NCBI GenBank assembly: GCA_964187785.1
Contig: OZ076417.1
Span: 17,050,001-17,114,000 of the forward strand
Source of the DNA: Amphiscolops sp. MND2022
Lineage: Eukaryota
Direction: 5' to 3'
Length of the DNA stretch: 64,000 bases
Part shown: positions 37,095-50,900 of the stretch, one piece after another
Layout: each line of letters starts with the position of its first letter
Numbering within the stretch: the first letter of the stretch is position 1
The notes under the pieces: generated by a model
What the model was told of the DNA's origin: nothing
The model's database searches: none
What the model saw: the letters and a program-made list of their open reading frames with translations, nothing else
Translations under genes and position numbers: made by a program

Positions 37095-37915
37095 TCCGCA
37101 AGTGAATGCCCTTTCTGGCCATGTAAGACGGTTCCGAAAATTTTCCGCCTGGGCGTTTATATTAGCTTCGAAAATTTTTAGGGTTTTTTCCGATTTTGCG
37201 TGGTTTTTCCACTTGAACCATATCGAACGGTCACAGAATGGGTACCAACTGACGCAAGAGGATGTCTTCTTTAAGGTCGTGAAAGTTTCATTATTTTACA
37301 ATTATTGGGCGTTGAGAAAATGGCGAATAAAAATCGGGAATTTTTTTGGGTTTTTTTAGAAAAAATTTTCTAAATGTAGATTTTGCTCAATTTTACTACT
37401 TAAACCAACTTAAATTTTTTGAAAAACAACCGCAACTGAATGCCCTTTCTAGCCATGTAAGAAGGTTGCGACAATTTTCTGCCATGACGATTTTATTAGC
37501 TTCGAAAACATAATTTTTGCGAAAATTTTTAGGGTTTTTTTCCGATTTTAGGTAATTTTACCGCTTGAACCATTTCGAACCGTCTCCAAATATATACCAA
37601 CTGACGCAAGAAAATGTCTTATTTAAGGTCGTGAAAGTTTAATTATTTTACAATTATTGGGCGTTCAAAAAATGGCGATTAAAAATCAGAAATTTTTTGG
37701 GTTTTTTTTCGAAAAAAATTTCTGAATGTAGATTTTGCTTAATTTTACTACTTAAACGAATCGAATCGGCTCATAATTAGTACCAACCAACGCAAGAGGA
37801 TGTCTTCTCTGAGCTCATTAGAGAAAGTTTCATTATCCTACGATCATTGGTCGTTGAGAAAATGGCGAATAAAAATTTAAAATTTGGGTTTTTTTTGCGT
37901 TTTTTTTGCGAAGAA
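37095..37915. repeat. About 340-bp tandem repeat, 2.5 copies
   Basis: GAATGCCCTTTCT.GCCATGTAAGA at about 37103 and 37438; CAACTGACGCAAGA-like motif recurs three times. Confidence 0.75.
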
Positions 37916-38912
37916 AGTGTATTTTGACGTACCTCATGCAATTGGGGGTGCTTGGGCGCACTTCCGTAGAACCCATTACTCTTGGGCTCTCTCAAAGAGG
38001 TCGTCTGCTCGGAGCCGTCGCGCAATGGCAGTTGCGCCTATGTTTTTCGTTACTGGTCTACTGGGATAGTGGCTGGTATGGGGTTCCCTACTTTCGTTGC
38101 AGACCACGGGTGTGTCTTCTCCTCCAACATGATGATACACATGGCACTTGATTGATGACGAAGATCCATGATATCTGACAGAGGAAAAAAAGGTCTTATT
38201 CGTGGTTAACGCAGTAGCACGAATAACGTCTTAGGAATAACGTCTAAAAGTGTTTCGGGAGTTACGTCTTACGTCTGAAATTCAACGCATTCATTGAATA
38301 TGCTCACATTAAGAAAGGAAAGCACCTGGATTTAATGTAAAGGTCCCTAGAGATTATTTTACTGTCAAAAATACAGAGACTAACTTTAAACTATACTGAG
38401 ACTTTCAAATGCGAGGTTTTAACAGAGACCAACTGAATTTAACAAATATGAACGAAAATGATGAAAATGAGACCGTGTTAACACCAAATGACTCCATCGA
38501 ATTCTATGACATTGGCCTAAAATGTGATAAAAGCGATATCGCAGACTATACGAAGTGGCATTTTAGTGACAGATTTTAGATACAATTTTCAATTTTAGAT
38601 CTTATATTCGTTTTCAGATACTATTCCTTCAATCTTGTTTTCAAATTCCTTTAGATATTAATCTCGACACTTTTTTAGATATTGTTCCTTGGATACTGTT
38701 CCTGGTTACCCTTTCAGAATAATGTTACCCTTTCCTGTCATGTACGATGTTAAAAGACATTGAGTGTCTGTAGCCGTTCTTCACACTCTCATGATGGATT
38801 CTTTTGCAACACACACACCGCGGTCTAATTTGCACGTGGACGCATTTTGTGGAAAGAAAGTTTTCTTGCTGTCTTGCAAAGTGATTCCAATCGAAAAGCA
38901 GCCTTTGGTTTT

Positions 38913-41900
38913 ATGATGAAAACCTTTCAAGAATATTTGCCCGAGAACGAAACTACCTATAGCTGCGTTCATTGTCGAGCGAATCTCGCAGCTCACGAGG
39001 ATCTAATCTCCAAGGTGTGTATCCATACTTTTTCTTTCGTATAGCTTTCTCTTGTCAGCTTCTCAGATGTTCGGATGTATGATGATTTTTTCTGAAAATG
39101 AGGTTACGAATAACATTGAGCGAGATTTTACTGATAGCACGGGATGATATCAAAACTGAGCATAATTATTTTGCTATGATTATGAGCAGTTCTTTCCAGC
39201 CATTCCTGCGATATTACCGCCCATTTAAGCATGTTTTTACGTTACAATTAGACGTTTATCGTCTCCGCGGGTCGTGCATGGTATATAAAAGTATCGTCTA
39301 AACTTCAAGATCTTGAGATATGACAGGAACTTGACAGCTTTCAGACTCTACTTCAGTCCCTAATTTGTGCGTAGTGGACATCTTCCTTGGTGATGTCCTA
39401 TGTCCTATAACCTTTATTTGCGGTATTATTTTTAGAATATCTTTTTAAATCTAAGTTCACTAAATGGACTACAATCTCATTCTTAGTACGTTGAGTTTCT
39501 TAGACTTCCATAGAAATGTTATTCTGTCTTTTCTCTATACACAGTAAGTCCATTTTTCAATGTTCTGGGTCTGAATTCGTTGTATGATTTACAATTAAGA
39601 AAGTAATGCCCTGGAGTTTTGTTTGTAACGTAACTCCACATAGGCGATCCTTTTTTGCTCTTTTCCAGGCGTAATCCGGTAAATAATAGTGTTTTTCTCT
39701 CAATTTCGAATAATGAATTCACAAATTTGTTGACTTCTTATCTCGAGCGGCTGAAAAGTGAAGTAAAATGATTGTAGGTTGATGGCTTTGTTTCAGTATA
39801 ACATTTTAAAAAAGCTGTCTATAGTTGTCATCTTCGTGTTCACAAAAGCCTACGAAATTGTCGATGTCATCTGTAGTGTAACAACTACAATCATTGTCAA
39901 CACGTTTACCAAATCAAGGTTGCCAAAAATTGGATGTGGCACGGACGAATCATGGGTAGCAGCGAGAAACTTGTTTGCTATTCTGATTTCAATTAGGAAT
40001 ATGACACTGATGCTCCAACTCACAAAAATCAAGATGTGCCAGGCCCTGCAAAACTTGACAATTTTCAACAATGGGCATGCAGACATACCTGAAAACCATC
40101 CCGATGAAACTGTTCTGACTTCTCTGCATACTGATGCGATTCTTTGAAAACCGCTTTTTCATTTTTTCCTATACACTCAACTCCGTTTATAACGATTACG
40201 TTTATAACGATATTCCGGTTATAGCGATGAAGTTTCACGGTCCCGATCACGATGCTAGTATGTAACGATTTTCGCCTATACCCGGGCAATCGTTATAAGC
40301 GGAGTTGAGTGTAATTTTGAAATACAATTCGATGGATACAATTCAATGGGGACAGTGCGAAGAGAAGTTGGTCTGCAACGGTAATGATGGACCAGTGTTC
40401 AAAGGGGGCAATTTAATACTGAATGATGAAATAGCGTCGATTCGCTGCAAGCTGCAGAGTCTCCTTGCAGTGTCAGTAACGGTCCCTGTATATTTACACT
40501 TGCGATAAGCAAGTGTTGGGAAAGTGCAGGCGCTTTTTTTCCGGACGACAACTCTCGTTTCACGCGTCAAGTCCCACAGTTCACGCGTTCGTGGTCTAGT
40601 GGTAAGATGTTTACTTTTCAACCCAGAGGGTTTGTGTTCGAACCCGTGCGTTTGCGCTAATTTTTTTACACTTGCGATAAGCAAGTGTTATGGGAGAGTG
40701 CGGGTTTTTTTCCGCGCGACAACTCTCTCGTTTCAGACCGCAAGTCGCATAGTCTGAATTTGTGGCTGTGCAAGTCGCAACTTCTACTGGCACTTGGCAT
40801 AGAGGTTAATTAGGATTTTTTGAGGTCTGCCAAGCAGAAGGACGTGGGTTCGAGTCTCGCCCTTGACCAAAATTTTTTGTGCATGATATTTCGGCTTTGT
40901 GATTTTTTTTTCGCATTTTTTTTTCATGTCACCAAAGATTCCTCCCTTCATTTTTTGGTATTTTGCAACAGAACGTATGTTAAAAAAATCTCAAAGTGCC
41001 CCCTTTTACAGTTTTCGGCATTGTGAGATTTTTCAAATTGAGTAATTTTTGCTTAAAATTAGGTTTTCTCAGGCGCCCAGCACGCTATATCCGATTTTTT
41101 TTTAGAGACCGGTGTTTTTTCTATGCGAATTTTTTTCTAATTTGTTTTCATCGAAGCCCCAATTTTACTAGAAATGAAACGTTTTGCGAGCATAAAGCAC
41201 TGCTCAAGGTTTTCGGCACTATGCGATTTGCCGGAGACCTTCATCAAAATTTTTTTTCGAAAAATTCCGAAAAATTTTTCCTCAATTTTCTGTTTTTTTT
41301 AAAGGTTTACAGTTGAGAAAGATGGGTTTTCTGTTGTTTCCACTTGGAGAAGAATTGTTTTCGAGATTTATGGGTATCCCTTCGGGATTTTTTGGCGCTG
41401 TAAAATTGATGGAATTTTAACAATAATGTCCTTTTACCCTTGGCTCTCTGTATGATATTGCTTATTTGGGTTTCTTCAAAAGTTCGCAACTGTCTTCGCA
41501 AGTGTTTGCGAACCACGACTTCGCCTCTGCGTTCAAGTATTCCGAAGCAGACGGTTCTATCTTTTTTCGGCACCATGAGACTCCCCCTTTTTTCAGATTT
41601 TTCGGCACTATGAGACTGTTAAAATTTCTCATTTTTTTTGTTTTTCGAAAATTTTTCGAAAGACTCCAAACGGCACCCCTTCAATTTTTTGGAATTTGAC
41701 CACAGAATGGATGTTAAAAAATCTCAAAGGGCCCCCTTTTACCGTTTCCGCATTCAGGATGGATGTTAAACAAGCCGGGACCGGCCGAAGTCGGCGCCAT
41801 ATCCAAGGCTCAAAAATAGCAAAAGGACTTCCAAGTGTCAATTTACTGTACTCGAAAATCGAAAAACCAAAAAAAGTAGACCGAGTGGCGCGCCGGGGCT

Positions 41901-44900
41901 CGCTAACGCGAGCCCCTGGCGCGCTAAAAGGGGGGACACTTCCGAAATTGTCAACGTTTTTGTCGCAGTTGAAGGGGGGACCCTTTGAAGAATTTTTTTT
42001 TCGAAAAGTCTCACAATGCCGAAAAACTGAAAGGGGGGACCCTTTGGGATTTTTAAACACCCAATCTGTTGTGAAATATCAAAGAAATTGAACAGGGGAC
42101 CCTTTGGAGAGAAAAAAAATGGAAAAAAAGTCTCACAATGCCGTAAAACTGAAAGGATGGACCCTTTGGGGATTTTCAACATCCATTGTGTCGCACAACA
42201 TCAAAAAATTGAAGGGGAGGATTTTTTTAATTTTCGGATAAAAAATCTCACAGTGCCGGAAAAAAATTGAAAGGGGGACCCTTTGGGATTTTCCAACATC
42301 CATTCTGACGCAAAACAGCAAAAAAATTGAAGGGGGACCCTTTGGGGAAATTTTTTTTTCGAAAAAAAAGTCTAGCAGTGCCAAAAAAATGAAAGGGTCT
42401 CGCCCGGTATTATGGTATGTTACGCGGAAAAACAGGGAAAATCTTTTTGGTTCAGTTCGCTAGGCCAAATGGTGCAATTTGGTGCAATAATATTTTGTAG
42501 AACTTTTAAGAACTATTTTGGTCAGTTCGTGTGGATAGAAAAGAAGAGTCACTATAATAGTCGCGTTTCACTTCATGAAGCGCCGACTAAAAAAGAGTCA
42601 CTATAAATAGTCGCGTTTCACTTCATCATGAAGCGCCGACTAAAAATTTCAAAGGGCCCCCTTTTACGGTTTTTGGCATTGATTTTTCTAAAGGAATAAT
42701 TTTTGTCTTAAAATTAGGTTTTCTTAGGCCCAGCACACTATATCCGATTTTCGTTTTTTTTTTAAAGACTGGTGTTTTTTCTATGCGACTTTTCTAAAAT
42801 TTGTTTTGATCAAAGCCCCCCTCAATTTTTACAAAAAACGAAACGTTTTCCGCAATTTTTTTCTCAATTTTTTGAAAGGTTTTCCGTTGAGAAAGAAGAT
42901 GCGTTTTTTGCTGTTTCCAGTTGGGGCAGAATGGTTTTTTGAGACTTATGCGTATCCCTTCGGGTATTTTTGGCGGGAAATTTTAAAATTATTGTCCTTT
43001 TACCCTTGGTTCTCCGTATGATACTGCTTATTTGGTTTTCTTTTGAAAAGTTCATAACTTCGCAAGTGTTTGAGAAGCACGGCTTCGCCTCTGTGTTAAA
43101 TATTGAAAACTTCAACAAGTGGAGGATGGATTTACAAATCAAAACACCGAATTTTATTGGAATGAAAAGTAAAAAAAATTGACGGTCAGGATATGCACCC
43201 ATTTTGGATTGTCATAATTCACGACAGCCTTCCCTCCTGCACCGTTCCCGCAATGGAAGACTCAAAATGGTCTATTTTACGCTTAAGGACGGAACCAGAT
43301 AGAGGAACCATTCTTTTAGAACCAGATTGAGAATGTATGTAGGAGCAGAGTTAAGGTGGAAACGACAGTTTTCATTTCTTGTTACATAGTGATGAGATTG
43401 TGTCCCACTTTCGGTTTGTTTTTTCAACAGCTGCGTGTTGTCTGTATGTAAACTGATTGTCAACGAATAATCTCAGAGATTTCGTAAAACTCAGAGTTCG
43501 CAGGGTTGCACATTTAGCTGTAGGATGTTTTCTTGTTACAATATAAAAGTATGATTTGTCTGTACACTGTTGACAACCATTTTCATGTTTCTCGCCATTT
43601 TTCTGTCCAAGTGCAAGATAGACTCAGTTTTTAGTCAAATATTTTGTGTCTTTGCTCATCACTACGATTGAACGTGAAAATCACTGGCGACTCTCTCAAA
43701 GGCCAAGAATCATTCTTTTACTGTTAAAGTGAGAATATATTCAAAAGAAAATCTTTGACGCTTAGAAGTGCTTGCTCTTTTTGAGTCTTGGGCGGGGCAC
43801 CGACTTATGTCGTTCCCGGCTTGTTTCTAATTAATTCAACTTTTTTCTATTTTTGAATTGTTCACGTTTTTTGTGTCCAAGATTGCCGAGGAAGCTTTTC
43901 AGCCATTCAGTCGCACTATCACAGTTGTTTTCCAATATCTCTTTTGCTTTTACCAGTTTTGAGCATTTGCGACATGAAAATTTCAGTTTGGTTTTAAATA
44001 CCTTTAAGTTAACACCTGCAAAAACGAGGCCACCAAATTTCGCACCTCTTGAGCCTTTTTCGGTATCTTGAACTTGTTTCTTGCATTGCGGGCAGCAGCC
44101 TCCAAAGTTGACTGGGGTTGACATTTGGTTTCGGTCACTCCCTGATGGGCCTCCTAACCGAGTGAGGCTTTTGAAGCCATACAGCCTCTGGCTACATACC
44201 ATGTTTCTTCGAATACAGGCCGAGGCTTGTAAGTTTATCCGTAGTCATTTCGCGGATTATATTCGAAGTTATATGGTAAGCTATGGCTTTTAAGATGAAA
44301 TTTTCAGGCTTAATGCTGTTTCTAATCGGGGCGGCCTATATTCGGGGGAGACTTATATTCGAAGATACTTTTTTGCTGTCCATTTTCATTCAGGAATTCA
44401 ATGCTGAACATGTTGCATTTCCGAGGTTAAGTTGATGAAACTTTTCCTGACAACAGTTACCATACTATTTGCTGTTTTCGACTTCTTTGCAATGTGGTCA
44501 TTAAAGGACTATTTTGAATCAACCTCCACTACGAGGTATTTTCCGTTCTTCACATTTCTGTCTTCTAATGTCGATACATGCTCATTGCTTTGGATGTATG
44601 TTATTTTTTAGTCGGCGCTTTTCGAGAGAAAAGAGTCGACTATAGTCATGGCTTTTCGTCAGTGTTTTTTAAGACCACCTGAAGTGACCAAAATAGTCTA
44701 CCCCAAAAAAGTTCTACAAAATTTTAAGGAGACGCCAAATTTTACCCGTTGGCCCAAGGAACTGAACGAAACGGTTCCCCGCGTAACATACAATACCGGA
44801 CGACACCAAAGGGTCCCCCCTTTCAGTTGTTTTCGGCATTGCGAGACTTTTCGTGAAAGTTTTTTCTCAAAGGGTCCCCCTTCATTTTGCGACAGAATGA

Positions 44901-47900
44901 TGTTGGAAAATCCCAAAGGGTCCCTTTCAGTTTTTTTCGGCATTGTGAGAGTTTTCAATTTTTTTCATAAAAGCGTCAATATTCACCAATACTTTGACAT
45001 TTTGAAGTCCTGCTATTTTTTCAGCCTTAGATATGGCGCCGACTTGGGCCGGTCCCGGCTTGTTTGTAATAGGAAACCGCAATATTATCGATAGTACCTA
45101 GTAGAAAAGCAAGCACCATGCTTGTTCTAGTACAGTCAAACTCGGGTAATAGAAATTCAGTGGGCAGTAAGAAAAGAATTTTTATCCATGGTTTCTTCCC
45201 AGTTGTCCAATTAACGTAGAAAGTTTGTATTGCATAAAAGCGGAGTGAAAACGTTTTTATATCCAAGTGTTTCTTTCAGCCGTGTTTCTTTTATCCGAGT
45301 TCGACTGTATCTGTGTAGGATGATGTTTCGTTATTTGGCTCGGTGAAAATCCCCTTAGCATATGTATTTGATTCCATTCCTAAGTTTGCCCAAAGGTGAT
45401 GCGTATTAGCGCACGTTCAAGCTTGCACATTACAGTGCATAGACAAGCTTTTTCTGGCCATTTTGCGGAAACCACGACAAGGATTTGCGGAATCCATGAC
45501 AACCGTTGGCAACTGATTCCGAAGTTCGATAAGTTGTGCCTGGATGTGTTTATGGTTTGACAACCAGTGTTTGTTTCAGAGTTTCCAGGGCAGCCAAGGC
45601 AGAGCTTATCTCTTCAATCAAGTGTAAGTTGGTTCATTTATTTCCAGTCAATTTAATAGTATCCTAACTTGCAAACAAACCAATTTGATGCCTGAATATC
45701 CGAAGAAGCTGTTATTCTGCACGTGTAAGTTGGTTCATTTATTTTCTATCATCAATCAATCACACTTCAGACAGGGTTGGCAAACTGAACCGCACTGTAT
45801 TGGATGATGATGTTTCAGAGTGAACATATCGTGTGGGCCGTGCGAGGACAGGATTCTGCTGACTGGTCTGCACTCCGTGTGTGACATCTTCTGCGAGTGC
45901 TGCAGAACCACCCTCGGCTGGAAATATGTTAGAGCCCATCTATTTATTATTTACGTTATTCATTTAGTTTATAATTCCAGTAAAATGGTACTCTTTCGGT
46001 AAAATGGTAGCGTGGTTCCTTTCACCGTTGAAAAAGTTTTCGTCTGGGATAGACCGTTCGGCGAACTTGAACGGTCTCCATTTGGTTTTGTCATCACTAT
46101 GATACCTTTTCGAAAAAAAAATCGTGGTTTCACTTTCATCCAAATATTTTTGAGAATTGACTCATGTATTGCTTTTCAACCTTTTCGGTATCTCTTCACG
46201 TAATTTTCGTACGGGTTGTTTACTTCATTTTGATCTAGCTCAAGACTTTAATGTCTGAAGATTATTGAATTTTTCCCTGCCTGTGCTCAGTTGGACGGTC
46301 CATGTCCGATGTAGCCCTTACTGAGGGTTACTTAGGTACATTCCGCGGTAAGTTGAGGGGAGAAGTGTATGTGAAGAGGTAAGGGAATTAGAACTGAAGC
46401 CAATTGTATAAAATTCCGGGAAGGACAAAAACTTCCGATTTTTTTGCGTTTTTCACTCCCGTTTTTGGCCGATTTCTCAACCAATTGAATTCTTCAAAGA
46501 GAGCCTTGTACACTACGTCAAAGTTAAACGTGTAAACTGAAGGCTGTACAGAAATGTCCTCACTAGATTTAAGAAATGTCTCCTGTTGAGGCCTTTTAAG
46601 GAATTTTTCTACCTCAGAACTCCATCTTAGCGATATCCTATAACTTTTCATTAGTCTCCAGCTCAAAAGTTTCTTTTCCGAAGCCTGTAGCAACATATAA
46701 AACCAAGTGTCACGTTAGAAGTTTAGTACAAAAGCAGAAGCGGTATAGTATTTTTCTTATCATGAAGGTATCCTTTTTAAGGAAGTTTGATTCATTTACT
46801 TCTCGTGACTTTCCACCAACTCAAGTTATTTAAGTTTATTCAATTTATTATTTTTGATGCCACGAGGCTTCCTGTTGAGCGGGCGCTAGCCCTTTGGAAG
46901 TCTCTTCCTGATTTCACAATTAAGTTAATGTTTATATGTATATAAATTGAATATATTTTTTGTATTGAAATCAGGATAAATAAATAATAATAATTGACTG
47001 CCCCGGGATGAATACAAGACTCTGCGCTAGTTCTCATTATGTCATTCTGACGTTGCGTTTCTTTTGACTTCAAATTTCGTTCATCTCTTCATTGATTCAG
47101 TCATGTTTCTTCTTACTGACTTCACTCGAAGTTCCAAATTGGAATAAATTTTAGCCATTTTCTTCCAGTCATATGAATAACGCTTTTGCTCGTTTTACGG
47201 TCAAATCTCGACAGTGCCTTGTTTTCTTGATTCTTTCTGCCAAGAGTTGTGCTTGGGCAACTCATTTCTATCCCTCACCAAACTGATTTCATTAGCTCGA
47301 ATGCAATGAACTGAATTTCTAATCATCTTCGAGAATGGCATTAAGAAGCTACTTAAAATTCAGCGCCTAGAATATTTGGCAACAAAATTACGACACCTAA
47401 TGATAGTAGGATGGAGAATTTTGAGGTATTTTTGAGGTGCCTGATTTTTGAGGTTGTTTGGCGACTGTTTTTGAATGGCGAGCGGGAATAACGTCTAAAA
47501 GTCATGTTCATTCCCCATCTTTATACATCGAATTTTAGACAGTATTCTCAAAACACAAAAGTCTTTATTCTGTAGATGTTACTCTGTAGATGTTGTTCTG
47601 TAGAGGTCTCGCCTACGCTCCGCAGAAATTCACACTGAAGAACTAGAAATTTTTACTCATCCGTGTCAAGTTAATTTTGGTCCAATTTCACGATTTTTTT
47701 TCAAAATTAGGATCGTTTTTTCGCTTGAAACTGACATACAAGAACATCAACTGTTTAGACTTTTCAAAACCCAAATTTTAACGCTCATTGGAGAAAATAT
47801 CCAGGTGGCTGCAAAAGTTGCTCTATCGGCGCTGATTATAAAAACAAAATTTTTCGGCCAAAATTGACAGTTTTCATTTTTCTGTTTTTCAGTTTTTTTT

Positions 47901-50900
47901 CTCAATATCACTCCATTTTACGTATTTTTAACGAAAAATTAACTACTTCACGCGTTTATCGAGTTGCCTTTCCAGAGTCGAATTTTTTAGAATCGAAAAT
48001 CGCAACTGACATTTTCTGGGTCGAATTATTTAGGATTTCAGGGCACTATAGAAATGGTATAATATAAAAAGTTTTCGTTTCTTTCGATCTTGGATATAAT
48101 CAATTTTCGGTCACACCCTGATATTTGATTAGGCAATTTTTCACGCGATTACACGATTTCACTCCACGTGAATTTCTGCGGAGCCTGTTCGAGCCTTTAA
48201 CTTTGAATTCCCAATTCTTGGGTGGCTCTTCGATCGAGCACTTCTGTGGTTACCTCGATTGTGGTCACGTGATTCAAGATTCAATGTCGTAGTGTTTGCA
48301 CAACAAATAAACTATGACGCTCGTTCAATATTCACACAGTCTGTTACGTATTCGGTTCGTTCGGTTTTGAATTGGTGCCTCGAATGGTACCAACGTTGCT
48401 TCTCGAATTGTAATCTCTGCCGACCAATAGTGGAAAGCATGAGTGAATAAAATAGTAATAATAATGGGATTAGCATGAATTTTCGACTGTTATTGTTACC
48501 ACATGTATTTCCTCGTTTTATGACGAATACATGCGATTTTAGTGTAGTTTTTAGTTGAAAACAAGTTCTTGTGTTGCTGAATTTCATACCTTGGCGTTGG
48601 AAAAACCTACGAAGTTTTCGAAATAACTCAGTTTTTTCCTACTTTCAACAAATTTCATGTTTTTGAAAAAAAGTGCAGTACAAACTGAATATTCGGTCAT
48701 ATTTTTCCAGGATTTTGGTTCATTTTTTGAAAAAAAATACTTCTAGCGTACGATATCCCTACCGAAAAGTATTCGCAACTATACGAAAAATAGCCATTGT
48801 TGCTAATAGGTTGGTTGATTACTAGCGACTATCATGTTGACTCTTCAATTTCGGTTGGTCGTTTCTTTTTCTTCTCCAAGAAGTAATTTCATTTCAAATC
48901 GACGTCAATCCGTTACATCATTTCATCTGCGGAGAATAATTCTTTCCTCCGAATCGACCGAGAAGCTCATGTATTATTTTCCACCATTGAATGCACTACA
49001 CTGGTGTTTTGTAATTGTCGTTTCTCTTTTCATTGCATCCATTTTCCAGCGAGTATTTCTCGTTCGTTTTTTCCTCGTTTGTTCAGTGTTTTGAACTTGC
49101 TTGGTAATAACTACACCAAGCTACTGACTTCCTTTGCTTTCCCGAATTTCATTTTTGTTCTCGCTTTGACTTCTACTGTTACTACGGTTTATATTTTTTG
49201 AACTGGCTTTCGGTTATTTTGACGACGACATTCACGACTTAACAGGCGGCCCCTGGAACGAAAATGGACGGAATGGAAATAATGAAAGTAAAAATGGAAA
49301 AGGAGGAAAGCCAGGCACATGTATCAATTCATATCAAGGCAAATACACAATTTTAGTCGCACTTTTTGTTGTTGTTTCAACTTTTCAGCTAATCATGTTT
49401 TTTCCTCATTTTTTGTGCATCGTTCTGTTTAAGGTATTGGGAAAAATGTCATGTAAAATGGGCTATATATATCTATCATAGTAACTCTGGTCGTTCGTGA
49501 TGTACCTTTTCGGGGCTGGAGAACCCAAAATACCGAAGACTTGATTTAATTATGAGTTTTAACAGTTTTCGATAATGAAAAAATTACAAAATTGAATGGG
49601 AAGCAATAAAATTCAAACGACCCAAATGGTTTCAGTCAGTGCCAAACGCAAATACAGAAAGTAACCGAGTTTATCAGTATGAAAAAATTATGAATGTATT
49701 GAAACTAATTCCGCCAAAAATCCTCCTAACTAAGAATGCTGCTACCGCAGTTTGTACTTTGAAGTATCTTAAGGTGATTTTGTTTGAATTTTTTGACGTT
49801 TCTGTTTGACGTTTGAATTTTTTGTAGAAAAGCTAGGCCGATGATGCCTTTAATCTGAAACTGTATTTTTTCTGAAAACATGTTTTTTTCATCCTCTTGC
49901 TTACAGCTTCCGTCTTTTAATGTACTGATGATCTTAGCAAGATTGCGAACTCAAAACTATAAATTTCAAATGACCCATAAAGATGAAAGCTTGTCACTTA
50001 TCGTTACGTCATGCGCTATGTCAATTAATTGCTTACCATTTCAGCCTTTAACCCATTTAACAAATCGCCTTTGGTGCTCAAATATTTGGACTAAGTGTAT
50101 TCGATCAAACCTCAACCCATTTTGTGGCGTTGTCCTAATATTTTTGTAAATTTCGCAGATCACAAGTTTTCGAGGATACGACGATGCTTCGATCACGTGA
50201 TCTGAGATGAATTGAACACATCACGTGATCAAACCATTCATCATCGTAACCTCGAAATGTTGTGATTAATTCATCCAAACAGCTCCTGGATTTGTATTTG
50301 AGTTGGTTCTTAAGTAGACACAACCCAGTGTGTCTTGAATGTTTGCAAACAATTTGGCTTACATGAAAGTCACGAGTCAACTCTAGTTTCGCACGTTACC
50401 CCATTTGACCGATTTGGTCATTCAACTGGTTGGCTGTTTCATCAAACGCCGAATGGTTCAATCGAACCATTAAATTGGTTTAGAAAGGCATACATGTGGA
50501 ACACAGTTTGACTGTGAAACCAGAACTAGAAAGAATTGAAGGATGAGATAATTTTGATCAAAGCATGTGTAAAAATCGTCGACGTGTTTGAATCTGAATC
50601 TTGCGGGTGACTGTAGAAAAACAAGGAGTTTGTTTAAAAATTCGAATAGAAACATTTTTTTTACTTTGGAGTTCAAATGTGAAATAATATTGACCCAGGT
50701 TTCCCGATGCAGACGTTTGCTTTGTTTTTTTTTTCGGAAAAGCACATGAAACTGCACCAAGAAGTCCGGGAAAGATTTTAAATTATCAACACCCATTTCA
50801 TGATTTTAGATGTATTGTAAACATATCTCAACATTGTTCAGCACAATTTTCCACCTTTCATTTACCTCCTATCTATTAGTCTTAGTAACCAGGTGCGACT

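Noticed and set aside
40585-40870. Functional tRNA genes (also 19880-19945)
   Set aside because: A/B boxes are present but the acceptor and anticodon stems do not pair; treated as SINE heads or pseudogenes.
46150-46700. Possible Penelope/GIY-YIG remnant (GILY ... GYIG on the - strand)
   Set aside because: Motif spacing is about 30 codons rather than about 10, with multiple stops; too weak.
50135-50380. ORF with WFDHVMC resembling a PHD fragment
   Set aside because: Only a partial motif, no other cysteine ligands in register.
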